From an uncultured Gemmatimonadales bacterium (GTDB lineage: Bacteria; Gemmatimonadota; Gemmatimonadetes; Longimicrobiales; Gaopeijiaceae): a stretch of 64,000 nt of DNA. The position numbers and the translations under genes were made by a program. A model generated the notes under the pieces. That model worked only from the letters and a program-made list of their open reading frames with translations, did not search any database and was not told the DNA's origin. The stretch spans positions 384,001-448,000 of the forward strand of contig CAWELD010000010.1 in assembly GCA_963809895.1 (NCBI GenBank), written 5' to 3'. The first letter of the stretch is position 1; each line of letters opens with the position of its first letter. This document shows, piece after piece, positions 19,315 to 30,200 of the stretch.

Positions 19315-22173
19315 ATGGACGATGTCATCCGGATCCGCGGTGCGCGGCAGAACAACCTGAAGAACCTGGATCTGGACCTGCCCCGGCGGGCCCTCACCGT
19401 CGTCACGGGTCCATCGGGCTCGGGAAAGTCCTCGCTCGCTCTCGACACGCTCTTCGCCGAGGGGCAGCGCCGCTACGTGGAATCCCTCTCCACCTACGCC
19501 AAGCAGTTTCTCGAGCGCATGGAGAAGCCGCTGGTGGACGCGGTGGAAGGCATCGCGCCGGCGGTGGCCATCGAGCAGAAGAACCCCACCAAGTCCAGTC
19601 GCTCCACCGTGGGCACCGCCACGGAGGTCTACGACTACCTGCGCTTGCTGTGGGCCCGTGTCGGACACACGCACTGTCCCGAGTGCGACCGGCGCGTGAT
19701 CCCGGACACCGTGCCCGGCGCCGTGGACACCATTCTCGAGCTTCCGGAGGGCACGCGCTTCCAGGTGACCTTCCCGCTCCGGCACGGGGGCGAGATCACC
19801 CACGCGCAGCTCGTGGAGAACCTGCTGGCCATGGGTTTCGTGCGGGCCCTGGCCGACGGCCGGCCCGTGGACCTGGGAGAAGAAGACGCCGCCGACCCGG
19901 GCGCGCTGGGTCTCGATCTGACGCTGGCGTCGGAGCTCCTGGTGGTGGTGGACCGTCTCTCCATCGGCAGCGATGGGCTGGGCGACCGCCTCGCCGATTC
20001 GGTGCAGACCTGTTTCTCGGAAGGCGAGGGAGAGTGTGTCGTGGTGACCGCGGGCCGCCGGGGCGGGGGCCAGGACGAGGTGCCCGAACGGCTCACCTTC
20101 ACCGAGCACTTCCGCTGTCCCGAGCACCCGGACATCGACTTCCCGGAGCCGACACCGCAGCTGTTCTCGTTCAACAATCCCTACGGATCCTGCCCCACCT
20201 GTACCGGTTTCGGCGCGACCCTGGAGTACGATCTCGATCTCATCGTGCCCAATGCGACACGGTCGCTGGACGACGGCGCCGTGGATCCCTGGACCAAGCC
20301 CCGCTACAACAAGGAAAGGGATCGGCTGCGGGCCTTCGCCAACGAGCGCGGCGTGTCGCTCTACAAGCCCTGGACCGAGCTGCCGGAGGACTTCCGCGAG
20401 GCCGTGCTGCACGGGGGGCACGGCTTCAAGGGAGTGGTCCCCTTTCTCCGCAGTCGTGAGAAGAAGCGCTACAAGCAGTACATCCGCGTCTTCCTGCGTC
20501 AGTATCAGAGCCCGGTGACCTGTGCCACGTGCGGCGGCGCCCGCCTGCGCCCCGAGGCGCTCCGCATCCGGGTCGGCGGGCGGCGCATAGACGAAGTCTC
20601 CGATCTGCCTCTGGAGGATCTCGAGCGGTGGCTCGAGGAGCTCGAGCTGGAGGGTGCCGACGCCAGGGTTGCCGAGACCATTCTCCGTGAGCTGCGGGCC
20701 CGGGTGGGATTCCTGGTGAAGGTCGGACTGGGATACCTGACGCTGGCCCGTCAGACCCGCACGCTCTCGGGCGGCGAAGCCCAGCGCATCAACCTGGCGA
20801 ACTCGCTGGGCTCGTCGCTCGTCGACACGCTCTACGTGCTCGACGAGCCCACCGTGGGACTCCACCCCCGAGACACCGATGCGCTCCTCTCGCTCCTCAC
20901 GCGCCTCCGCGACGGCGGAAACACGGTCGTGGTCGTGGAGCACGACCCGGCGGCGCTCAGGATCGCGGACCACATCGTCGAGCTGGGGCCCGGCTCGGGT
21001 GAGCGCGGGGGGGCGGTGGTGTTCGAGGGCACCCCCGATGCCCTGGCCGCGGCCGACACCGTCACCGGCAACTACCTGTCCGGGCGCCGGCCCATCGCCG
21101 TGCCGGAGCGTCGGCGCCCGGTGAGTGGGCCGTGGCTCAACCTGCGCGGTGCCCGCCTGCACAACGTGGACGAGGTCGACCTGGAGATCCCCCTGGGCAC
21201 CCTCACGGTGGTCACGGGGGTCTCGGGTTCGGGAAAGAGCACGCTGGTGCACGACGTTCTGTACCGAGCCCTGGAGAAGGAGTTGGGCGGCGGCGAGACG
21301 TCGGCGAAAGAGCACCTGGGTGAAGCCGTGGGTGCCTACGCCGAGCTCGAGGGCGTGTCACGGCTGACGGAAGTGGTTCTCGTGGACCAGAGCCCCATCG
21401 GCCGCACGCCCCGCTCGAACCCGGTGACCTACATCAAGGCATGGGACGAAGTGAGGCGCATCTTCGCCGATCAGCCCCTGTCCCGGCAGCGCAAGTACGA
21501 TCCCGGTACGTTCTCGTTCAACACCAGTGGCGGCCGCTGTGAGGCGTGCAAGGGTGCGGGCCAGGTGGAGATCGAGATGATCTTCATGGCCGACGTGTAC
21601 GTGCCCTGCGACGTGTGCCGGGGCACCCGCTACAAGCCCGAGACGCTGGAGGTGACCTACCGGGGTCGCAACATCGCCCAGGTGCTCGAGCTCACCGTCG
21701 ACGAGGCGATTCGCTTCTTCCTCAAGGAAGACCGCCTGGGGCAGATCCTCTGGCAGCTCCAGCAGGTGGGACTGGGGTATCTGCGCCTCGGCCAGCCGGC
21801 GCCCACGCTGTCGGGGGGTGAGGCACAGCGCCTGAAGATCGCCCGGGAGCTCGCCGGCGCTTCGGGGCGCAAGGGACGCAAGCTCTACCTCCTGGACGAG
21901 CCCACCACCGGCCTCGCCGGCGAGGACGTCAAGAAGCTCCTCAACGTCCTCGATCGCCTCGTGGAGGCAGGAAACACCGTCGTGGTCATCGAGCACAACC
22001 TCGATCTCATCAAGACCGCCGACTGGGTGGTGGATCTCGGCCCGGGAGCCGGCGTGCGCGGAGGGCGGATCGTCGCAGCGGGCCGCCCCGAAGAGGTCGC
22101 CGCCGTACCCGAGAGCGCGACGGGGCGCTACCTGAGAGAAGTCCTTTCCAACGGAGTCGCAGGGGCGGGCTGA
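19315..22173 (+). CDS. uvrA: Excinuclease ABC subunit A
   Basis: 'IRGARQNNLKN', two Walker A motifs (GPSGSGKS, GVSGSGKS), two 'LSGGEAQR' signatures, zinc fingers and 'PIGRTPRSNP'. Confidence 0.96.
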   Translation: MDDVIRIRGARQNNLKNLDLDLPRRALTVVTGPSGSGKSSLALDTLFAEGQRRYVESLSTYAKQFLERMEKPLVDAVEGIAPAVAIEQKNPTKSSRSTVGTATEVYDYLRLLWARVGHTHCPECDRRVIPDTVPGAVDTILELPEGTRFQVTFPLRHGGEITHAQLVENLLAMGFVRALADGRPVDLGEEDAADPGALGLDLTLASELLVVVDRLSIGSDGLGDRLADSVQTCFSEGEGECVVVTAGRRGGGQDEVPERLTFTEHFRCPEHPDIDFPEPTPQLFSFNNPYGSCPTCTGFGATLEYDLDLIVPNATRSLDDGAVDPWTKPRYNKERDRLRAFANERGVSLYKPWTELPEDFREAVLHGGHGFKGVVPFLRSREKKRYKQYIRVFLRQYQSPVTCATCGGARLRPEALRIRVGGRRIDEVSDLPLEDLERWLEELELEGADARVAETILRELRARVGFLVKVGLGYLTLARQTRTLSGGEAQRINLANSLGSSLVDTLYVLDEPTVGLHPRDTDALLSLLTRLRDGGNTVVVVEHDPAALRIADHIVELGPGSGERGGAVVFEGTPDALAAADTVTGNYLSGRRPIAVPERRRPVSGPWLNLRGARLHNVDEVDLEIPLGTLTVVTGVSGSGKSTLVHDVLYRALEKELGGGETSAKEHLGEAVGAYAELEGVSRLTEVVLVDQSPIGRTPRSNPVTYIKAWDEVRRIFADQPLSRQRKYDPGTFSFNTSGGRCEACKGAGQVEIEMIFMADVYVPCDVCRGTRYKPETLEVTYRGRNIAQVLELTVDEAIRFFLKEDRLGQILWQLQQVGLGYLRLGQPAPTLSGGEAQRLKIARELAGASGRKGRKLYLLDEPTTGLAGEDVKKLLNVLDRLVEAGNTVVVIEHNLDLIKTADWVVDLGPGAGVRGGRIVAAGRPEEVAAVPESATGRYLREVLSNGVAGAG

Positions 22174-22182
22174 CACGGTGCC

Positions 22183-22198
22183 TGGCATGGCTCCTGCA
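22183..22198 (+). promoter_or_regulatory. Putative sigma54 promoter of the beta-barrel gene
   Basis: TGGCATG-GCTC-CTGCA with correctly spaced GG and GC. Confidence 0.55.
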
Positions 22199-22278
22199 GA
22201 CTGTTGCCGGTCCGAGCGCGGCTCGCGGTCCCGATTCGCGGGCCGCGCCCTGAAGAATCGAATGGAAAGGAGCGCATC

Positions 22279-22872
22279 ATGAGACGTCTCCTCGCGACTA
22301 CCGTGGCCCTCGCGGGCCTTGCCGCTGCCTCGGCGCCCCAGGTGAAGGCGCAGACGGCCCTCGTCAATCTCGGCGCGGACTACACCGCGAGCTTCGTCGG
22401 GGACGATTTCGACGGACTGGACGGTGGCATCGGCGTGCAGGGGGGACTCCTGTTCCCTCTGGGCCCCATGTCACACATCGGTGGTGAGGTGAACTGGACC
22501 GGCATCGATTTCACGAGCGACCTCGCCGATGACGCCGCGGACGCCAGCATCCTGGATATCGTGGGCGACGTGAACATCGGCCTCTCCGACGGCACCAGCG
22601 CGCGTCCGTACATCGACCTGCGCGCGGGCTACAGCCGTATGGCCTTCCAGGTCGGCGACGTCGACGGATCGGTGGACGGCCCCACGGCCGGTGGCGGACT
22701 GGGTGTCCGTCTCCACGCCGGCGGCATCATGGTGGACCTCCACGGCCGCTACCAGCACCACTGGTACGGCGATTTCAACGACGACAACCTGATCTTCAGC
22801 GAGAAGACCACCGGCGGCCGGCTGGTGTTCGGCGCCGGCATCAGCATTCCCATGGGCGGCGGTGGAATGTGA
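22279..22872 (+). CDS. Small outer-membrane beta-barrel protein
   Basis: Signal peptide, alternating amphipathic strands ('RPYIDLRAGYS', 'AGGGLGVRL', 'LVFGAGISIP') and an AAGGAG RBS. Confidence 0.8.
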   Translation: MRRLLATTVALAGLAAASAPQVKAQTALVNLGADYTASFVGDDFDGLDGGIGVQGGLLFPLGPMSHIGGEVNWTGIDFTSDLADDAADASILDIVGDVNIGLSDGTSARPYIDLRAGYSRMAFQVGDVDGSVDGPTAGGGLGVRLHAGGIMVDLHGRYQHHWYGDFNDDNLIFSEKTTGGRLVFGAGISIPMGGGGM

Positions 22873-22927
22873 TCCGCTGACGATCACTGCGAAGGCGTAG
22901 CGGCCGATCCCACGGTCGTCGCGTGAT

Positions 22928-22964
22928 GGGCGGGTCGGAGGGAGACGCTCCCTCCGGCCCGTTC
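22928..22964 (+). terminator. Stem-loop after the beta-barrel gene
   Basis: GGGCGGGTCGGAGGGAG-ACG-CTCCCTCCGGCCCGTTC, a 17-bp stem with wobble pairs. Confidence 0.6.
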
Positions 22965-23058
22965 GCGCGTCGGGGGGTCGCGTGGCGCCGTGGCGGAGAG
23001 TCGCACCGGGCGCGTACCTTCGGCGCATCCCTCCATCCCCGTGTCGCAGGAGGCCCTC

Positions 23059-25317
23059 GTGCGAATCGCCCGTACCGTCGCCGCATGTGTCGCCGTTGCC
23101 GTTCTCGGCGCGCCGTCACCGTCTCTCCGCGCTCAGGAGCTCAGGCCCTTCAGGGTGGACGACGCCCTGCGCGTCCGATCGGTCTCCATGGCGGACGTCA
23201 CCGACGACGCCCGCTGGGTGGCCGCGACGCTGTCCACGCCCGAAAGCCGCATGGGCACCGATCACTTCCGGTTCGGCGATCCGACCTACGTGGCCCCCTC
23301 GCGGACCGAGGTGCTCGTGGTGGATGCCGCCGACGGCTCCAGCTGGAGCCCGTGGGACGGCGAAGTCCAGGTTCGGGGCGCTACCTGGTCACCCGACGGG
23401 ACGCGCCTGGCCCTCTTCCGCTATCTGGACGACGGCTGGCACCTGGACTTGCTCGATCCGGAGAGGCGCCGCGTGCGCGAGGTGGACATCGACGGCGCGC
23501 CGGTCCTTTCGTCGGCGTCGCCGCTGGTGTGGACGCCCGATGGCGCGGGCGTGGTGGTCGGCGTGCGGACACCCGGATGGGCGGACGCCGCTCGGGCCGC
23601 CTACGACTCGCTGACGGTGGGCCCCATCGTGGTGCAGGACGGATCCCGGCCTTTCCTGGCCTGGGACGCCGTGCGCATGCGCGGCGACGAACAGCGCCTG
23701 GCATTGGTGCAGGTCGCATCGGGCGCGATCCGGATGCTCACGCCGGCCGACGCCTACGGCGACGTGCGGGTGTCCGACGACGGCGCCCACCTCACGTACA
23801 CGCTCACCCACGCGCTGCGGACCTCGTACGAGCGAGGCGAGGGCACGGAATACGAGTACCTGTCGCTGGCGTTGTCCGGTGATGCCGAACCCGTGGCGCT
23901 GCTGGACAAGGGCGAGCGACGCTTGCGTCTCCAGTTCCAGCCCGATGGGGACACCTTCGCCTGGAGCGACCGTGGTGACATCTGGGTGAAGGGTCCGGCG
24001 GCCGACAGCGCGCGCAAGCTGACGGAGGAGTTGCGCGTGCCCCTCTCGGAGAACGATTCCACGAAACGCTCGTTCTCGCTGGAGCAGTGGCGGCCCGATG
24101 GCGGCGCTCTCCTGGCCCGCGCCCAGGACGGCTACTGGGTGCTCGACCCCGCCACCGGGGCCGGCGAGCGGGTGTGGGCGTTCCCCGAAGACAAGGAGGC
24201 CCGCGAGGCGATGCCCCGCCTCGACGTGGTCCAATGGACCGAGGACGGACGCTGGCTGTACGCGTCGCGCTCGGCCCGGGACGAATGGCAGCGGGGTCTG
24301 GTGCGCTACGATCTGCAGTCGCGCCGTGAGGAGACGCTGGTGGCCGATGCCGACCTCTACCGGGACTGGCATGTGGCCGACGACGGCTCGCGCATCGTGG
24401 TGCGCCGCTCGGACGGTGACCATCCCGACGAGCTGTGGGCGGCCGACGGACGGTTCGGCGAGGCCCGCGCCCTCACCGACCTGAATCCCTGGCTCAACGG
24501 CGTGCAGTTGGCCCGCAGCGAGCTCGTCACCTATCTGGACGTGGATGGCGAGGAGCTCCACGGAGTCCTCCACTATCCGGCCAACTACCAGCCCGGGCAG
24601 CGCTACCCGCTGGTGGCGGAGATCTACGAGGATTTCTTCGACAACGGATGGAACTACGGCGCCCAGATCCTGGCCGCCAACGGATGGTTCGTGCTCCACC
24701 CGTCGGTGGAGCTCGAGGAGGGATACCCGGGTGAGGCCTGGGAGAAGGGGGTGACGACCGCCATCAACGACCTCATGGATCGGGGCCTGGTAGACGGCGA
24801 CCGCCTGGGCGTGCACGGCACCAGCTACGGGGGCTATGCCGTCAACCTCCTCATCACCCAGACCGACCGCTTCGCCGCCGCCGTCAACATCTCGGGCAAG
24901 GTGGACATCATCAGCTTCCTGGGGGATTCCGAGAAGATCACCACCCGCAACTACAGCGCCGCCGAGGAAGGCCAGGACCGGATCGGCGCCACGCTGTGGG
25001 AGCAGCCTCAGAAGTACATCCAGCATTCGGCCGTCATGTTCGCCGACCGCATCGACACGCCGCTGTTGCTTCTCACGGGCCAGGGGGACTGGAACGTGCC
25101 CGAGACCAACACCCGCGAGATGTACTACGCGCTGCGGCGGCTCGGGAAGGAAGTGGTGTGGGTGAACTACATGAGAGCGGGCCACGGCGCGGGTCGGGCG
25201 GGTACGCGCGAGGACTTCCTGGACCACTGGAGCCGCATGATCGACTGGTACGGCAGCCACTTCCAGAAGGCCGCGGACAAGAAGGCGGCGGCGGAGGAGC
25301 AGGCGGGAGGCTGGTAG
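23059..25317 (+). CDS. Secreted S9 family (prolyl oligo/acylaminoacyl) peptidase
   Basis: Signal peptide, propeller repeats 'WSPDG'/'WTPDG', catalytic 'GTSYGG', 'GQGDWNV' and 'AGHG'. AGGAGG RBS. Confidence 0.9.
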   Translation: MRIARTVAACVAVAVLGAPSPSLRAQELRPFRVDDALRVRSVSMADVTDDARWVAATLSTPESRMGTDHFRFGDPTYVAPSRTEVLVVDAADGSSWSPWDGEVQVRGATWSPDGTRLALFRYLDDGWHLDLLDPERRRVREVDIDGAPVLSSASPLVWTPDGAGVVVGVRTPGWADAARAAYDSLTVGPIVVQDGSRPFLAWDAVRMRGDEQRLALVQVASGAIRMLTPADAYGDVRVSDDGAHLTYTLTHALRTSYERGEGTEYEYLSLALSGDAEPVALLDKGERRLRLQFQPDGDTFAWSDRGDIWVKGPAADSARKLTEELRVPLSENDSTKRSFSLEQWRPDGGALLARAQDGYWVLDPATGAGERVWAFPEDKEAREAMPRLDVVQWTEDGRWLYASRSARDEWQRGLVRYDLQSRREETLVADADLYRDWHVADDGSRIVVRRSDGDHPDELWAADGRFGEARALTDLNPWLNGVQLARSELVTYLDVDGEELHGVLHYPANYQPGQRYPLVAEIYEDFFDNGWNYGAQILAANGWFVLHPSVELEEGYPGEAWEKGVTTAINDLMDRGLVDGDRLGVHGTSYGGYAVNLLITQTDRFAAAVNISGKVDIISFLGDSEKITTRNYSAAEEGQDRIGATLWEQPQKYIQHSAVMFADRIDTPLLLLTGQGDWNVPETNTREMYYALRRLGKEVVWVNYMRAGHGAGRAGTREDFLDHWSRMIDWYGSHFQKAADKKAAAEEQAGGW

Positions 25318-25344
25318 CCGGCTCGGGGTCGCGCGCGATCCCTT

Positions 25345-25390
25345 AACGAAAGGGCGGCGGGCCGGAACGCTCCGGCCCGCCGCCTCGTTT
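25345..25390. terminator. Probable bidirectional terminator between convergent peptidase genes
   Basis: GGCGGCGGGCCGGA-ACGC-TCCGGCCCGCCGCC flanked by AACGAAA and TCGTTT. Confidence 0.7.
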
Positions 25391-25412
25391 CATGCCCGCT
25401 CGGGGCTCCGCG

Positions 25413-27009
25413 TCAGTTGCAGCGGAGGTTCTTGCCTCGGACGCTGCAGCGGATCGTCTGGGTGGACTGATCGGTCGAGCTGCCGTCACCCACCAACAGC
25501 ACCACGCCGTGGTTGCCTGCGGCGGTGTACGTGTGGCTCGTCGTCACGCCGCTGCCGGTGGCACCGTCACCGAAGTCCCACGAGTAGCTGGTGATGCTGC
25601 CCGTGGAGCTGCTGGCGTCGAACGAGCAGTCAGCCGCGTGGCAGCTGTAGCTGAAGCTGGCGGTGAGGGGATCCGACGGTGGCGGCGGGGGCGGAGGCGG
25701 AGCGCCACCGCTCGTGACTGCGGCGTAGGTGTTCAGCCGCCCCGCTCCGAAGTGGAACGTGTCGCCCAGGTCGTCGGCGTTGTCCAGGATGCGGGAGCGC
25801 AGCGACGACGCACTCATGGAGCCGTTCACCGCGACCACCACCGCAGCGGTTCCCGTCACCTGGGGCGCAGCCATGGACGTGCCCTGGTAGTAGGCGTAGC
25901 CGCCGGGCACGGAGCTGTAGATTCCCGCCTCCTCGGTGGTGTTCGAGTACATCTCGCCACCGGGTGCGCTGATGTCGAGGCCGTTGCCCCAGTTGGAGTA
26001 GTAGCTCAAGCCGTCCTGCCAGTTGGTGGCGGCCACGGAGATGGCGTTGGGATCACACGCCGGGCAGCTCACCGTGCTGGTGCCGTCGTTGCCGGCCGAG
26101 GCGATGACGAGCGCCCCCTTGGAGAGCGCGTACTGGATGGCGTCGGCCTCACCCTGCGACTCGGACCCGCCCCCCAGGCTCATGTTCATGGCCACCACGC
26201 CATCATCCGCAGCGGCGCGAATGGCGTCGATGATGGCGCTGGTGGGGCAGCCGATGCTGCCGCACACGCGGTAAGACGTAGACCGTCACCTTGGAAGCGG
26301 CGCCGGCCACGCCTGCCACGCCCACGTTCCTGCCCACCATGGTGCCGGTGGTGTGGGTGCCGTGGCCCTCGGTGTCGGTGGGATCGCTGTCGTTGTCGTA
26401 GAAATCGTAGCCAGCGACGACGTTCGCGCTGCCGATGCCGCTGAACTCGGCATGGTTCATGTCCACGCCCGTGTCGATGCTGGCGATGGCGACGGAGTTC
26501 GACGCACCGCTCGCATACCCTTCCGGGCTGTTGTCCTCGTCGGCATCGTTGGTGGACTTGTAGGAATTGACCGGTTTGCCCTTGTTGCGGCCACGGGTGT
26601 AGGCGATGGTCAGATTGCCGGGGTTGTAGAACGCCCACAGCCTGTCGTCGATCTGGGTGGGCTGACGCAGATAGTCGGGCTCGGCCCAGACCACGCGGGT
26701 GTCTCCGCGGAGCCGGGCGGCCAGCGCGCGCTCGTTGCCGGCGGCGCCGCGGAAGGCCACGTAGCCGCGGCTCACGCGGCCCAGGGCGAGGCCGTGGCTG
26801 TTGCCGACCTCGGCCGGATCGGCGCCGTCCTGGAGACGGGCGAGCACCCGGCCGGGCACGACCCGCTCGGCCTGCTGGGTGCGGAGCGAGACGTCGGCTG
26901 GAGTGAGGGGGGCCTGAGCAGGCTCGGGGGTGACGGGCTGGTCCATGTCCTGACACGCTGCCAGAAAGGCGAGCGCGCCCAGAGCGACCAGGGGGAGGGT
27001 ACGTCGCAT
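25413..27009 (-). CDS. S8 subtilisin-like lipoprotein with C-terminal PKD domain, frameshift near 26272
   Basis: Lipobox 'LAAC'; triad 'IDTG', 'HGTHTTG', 'GTSMAAPQV'; 'ASAGND'; PKD 'SYSWDFGDG'. Confidence 0.9.
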
Positions 27010-27254
27010 ACCGCGGTACTCCTGGACTGAGAGGGACATTCCACGTGGTCCCTCCTTCACCCGTGACTGCCCCTTCCGCCATCGGAACCACCCTTCCAAG
27101 CTAGAACCGGCCTCTCGGCTTTCACAATGACGTCGTTTCTGGCGCTCGTCCGGAACGGCTCCGGGAAAGGGTGTGGGTTCGAGGCTTGCGTCGTTCCCAC
27201 GCGGGGCCGAGCATGCCCTGGCTTCGCGTCCCTCCATTCCTCAGCGGTGCTGCC

Positions 27255-30200
27255 ATGACAGACATGCGGGGCCCGGGAGGCTTCGGCGCCGACGAGGCGC
27301 GCGCCCTGCTGCCCGACCTGTACGGCGTCGACGGGTCCGTGACGCCCCTGCCCGGCGATCTGGACGACAACTTCGCGGTGGTCGAGCCCGACGGCGCGCG
27401 CTCGGTGCTCAAGGTGATGCACGCCGGTGCGTCGGTCCGCGACGTGGAGCTTCAGGTCGCGGTGCTTCGGCATCTCGCCCGGGCCCGCTTGCGCCTGGCC
27501 GTCCCGGACGTGCTGCCCACCTCGGCCGGAGACGATATGGGGCGCGTGCAGGACCGGGATGGACGGGAACGCCTGGTGTGGCGATCGAGCTGGCTCCGAG
27601 GCCGGCCCCTGTCCGAGGTCGCACCGCGCTCGGAGCAGCTTCTGGAGCACCTGGGCGCCAGCCTCGGTGAGCTGGATCGCGCGCTGGCGGACTTCAGCCA
27701 TCCCGCCGCCGGCCAGCGGCACCTGCGCTGGGATCCGGCCCGGCCCGGCTGGCTGTCCGAAGAGGTATCGGACATGGCCGACCCGGAGCTGCGCCGGCTC
27801 GTCCGCGAGGTGACGGACCGCTTCGGTCACCTGGACGACCTCCTGAAGGCGCTGCCGCTCCAGGTGATCCACGCCGACGCCAACGATCACAACCTGCTGG
27901 TGGACGAGGACCCCGAGCCGACCCGGGTGGTGGGTCTCTTCGACTTCGGCGACCTGATCGGCACCCGGCGGGTCTGCGAGCCGGCCATCGCCGCGGCCTA
28001 CGCCGCCTTCGGCTCGTCCGATCCCATCGGCGTGGCGGCCCGCCTCGCCCGCGGCTATCACCTGGCGTTTCCGTTGACGCCCCCCGAGTTGGACGCCTTC
28101 GTGCCGCTGATGGCGGTCCGGCTCGCCATCAGCCTGGTCTTCTCCGATCGCAGGCGGCGGGAACGGCCGGGCGACGCCTACGTGACGGTGAGCGAGGACG
28201 GCGCGCGGACGACGCTGGCGCTTCTCCTGGAGGTGCATCCACGCCTGGCGGCCGCCCGCCTGCGACGGGCTTGCGGATTTGCTGTGAACGATCGCGCCCC
28301 CGCCGTGGAGGCGTGGCTCGACGACCCGGACCGCGACTTCGCGCCTGTGCTGGGCGAGCCCCTGGAGCCCGGGGACTGGACGCTCATCGACCTGTCCGTG
28401 GGTAGCCTCATGCTCGGGGCGGATCCCACGAACCTGCGGTGCGAGCCGTGCGGACAGCTCATCGAGGACGTGATGCGGGCCCGCGGGGCGCGGGTGGGCG
28501 TCGGACGTTGGAACGAGGCGCGCGCCATCTATCTCGGCCCGGCGTTCGCCGCCGGGGACCACGCCATCGACGAGCACCGCACCATCCACATCGGCGTGGA
28601 CCTGTTCGCGCCGGCGGGGACGCCGGTGCACGCTCCCCTGGACGGCGTGGTCGCATCGGCGGGCGAGCATCCCGAGGCCGGCGACTACGGGCCCGTCATC
28701 CTCCTGGAGCACCGCACGGACCAGGGAGACCCGTTCTGGACGCTGTACGGACACCTGGACCGGGCCTCGCTGGACGACATGACACCCGGAAGGGCCGTGG
28801 CGGCCGGCGAGCGCTTCGCGTCGCTGGGTGCTCCGCCGGTCAACGGGGACTGGCCGCCCCACCTCCACCTCCAACTCGTCCTCGACCCGCTGGACCGGGG
28901 CCACGACGTGCCCGGGGTGGCCGCACCACGCGAGCGTGGGGCGTGGACGGCGCTGAGTCCGGACCCGTCGCGGCTGGCGGGACTCCCGGCGGGGGCGGCG
29001 TCGGCCCCGCAGCCGGATGCCGACGAGCTGCTGGAGCGGCGGAGGCGGCATCTGGGTCCCAACCTGAGCGTGTCCTATCGCCGTCCCTTGCACCTGGTCC
29101 GGGGCTGGAGGCAGTTCCTCTACGACGCCGACGGCCGCGGCTACCTCGACCTCTACAACAACGTGGCTCACGTGGGTCACAGCCACCCGGTGGTGGCGGA
29201 GGCCGTCGCGCGGCAGACGGCGCTGCTCGCCACCAACACCCGCTACCTGGACGAGAACCTGCTCCGCTACATGGAGCGCCTGACGGCCACGCTCCCGCCC
29301 CAGCTCGAGGTGGGGTGGGTGCTGAACTCCGCCAGCGAGGCCAACGAGCTGGCGTTGCGTCTGGCCCGGGCTCATACGGGACGGCGCGATGTCATCGTCC
29401 TGGAGGCGGGCTACCACGGCCACACCACCACCCTCATCGACGTGAGCGCCTACAAGTTCGCGGGACCGGGCGGCGAGGGCGCCCCTCCGTGGGTGCGCGT
29501 GGCCCCCCTCCCGGACACCTACCGGGGGCCGTTCCGGCGCGACGTTCCCGATGCCGGAGCGCGCTACGCTGCGGCGGTGGGAGACGTCGTCGACGACATG
29601 GTGGCGGCCGGGCGGCCCCCGGGCGCCTTCCTGGCCGAGACATTCCCCAGCGTCGGCGGCCAGATCGTGCCTCCGGACGGCTACCTGCGCCATGTGTACC
29701 GGCGCGTGCGGGCCGCGGGCGGTGTCTGCATCGCCGACGAGGTGCAGACCGGCTTCGGCCGCCTGGGCGAGGCGTTCTGGGGCTTCGAGATCCAGGACGT
29801 GGCCCCCGACGTCGTGGTGCTCGGGAAGCCCGCCGCCAACGGATTCCCCCTGGGGGTGGTGGTCACCACCCGGGCCATCGCCGAGTCCTTCGACACCGGC
29901 ATGGAGTTCTTCAGCACCTTCGGAGGGAATCCCGTCGCGTGCGCCGCCGGCCTGGCGGTGCTGCAGGTGCTCGAGGACGAGGGCCTCCAGGAGAACGCAC
30001 GCACGGTCGGTGCGCGGCTGCGGCGCGGGCTGCAGGAGCTGCGGGCTCGCCATCCTCTCCTGGGCGACGTGCGCGGGATGGGACTCTTCCAGGGAATCGA
30101 GCTGGTACGGGAGGGCGACGCGCTGGAGCCGGCGGCGCGGGAAGCGCGTTACGTGGTGGACCGCCTGCGCGAGCGTGGCGTCCTCACCGGGACCGACGGT

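Noticed and set aside
19114..21315. 733-aa antisense ORF to uvrA
   Set aside because: High-GC shadow ORF. Only its last 27 codons (the His leader) are supported.
9900..26290. Programmed frameshifting at about 9916, 12510 and 26272
   Set aside because: No slippery heptamers are evident, and one case lies in the housekeeping gene hisIE. Sequencing error is more parsimonious.
27215..27260. c-di-GMP-I riboswitch-like 'GGGACGCGAAGCC' upstream of the S8 gene (minus strand)
   Set aside because: It lacks the GGCAAACC/GAAA tetraloop stem and overlaps the start of the divergent gene.
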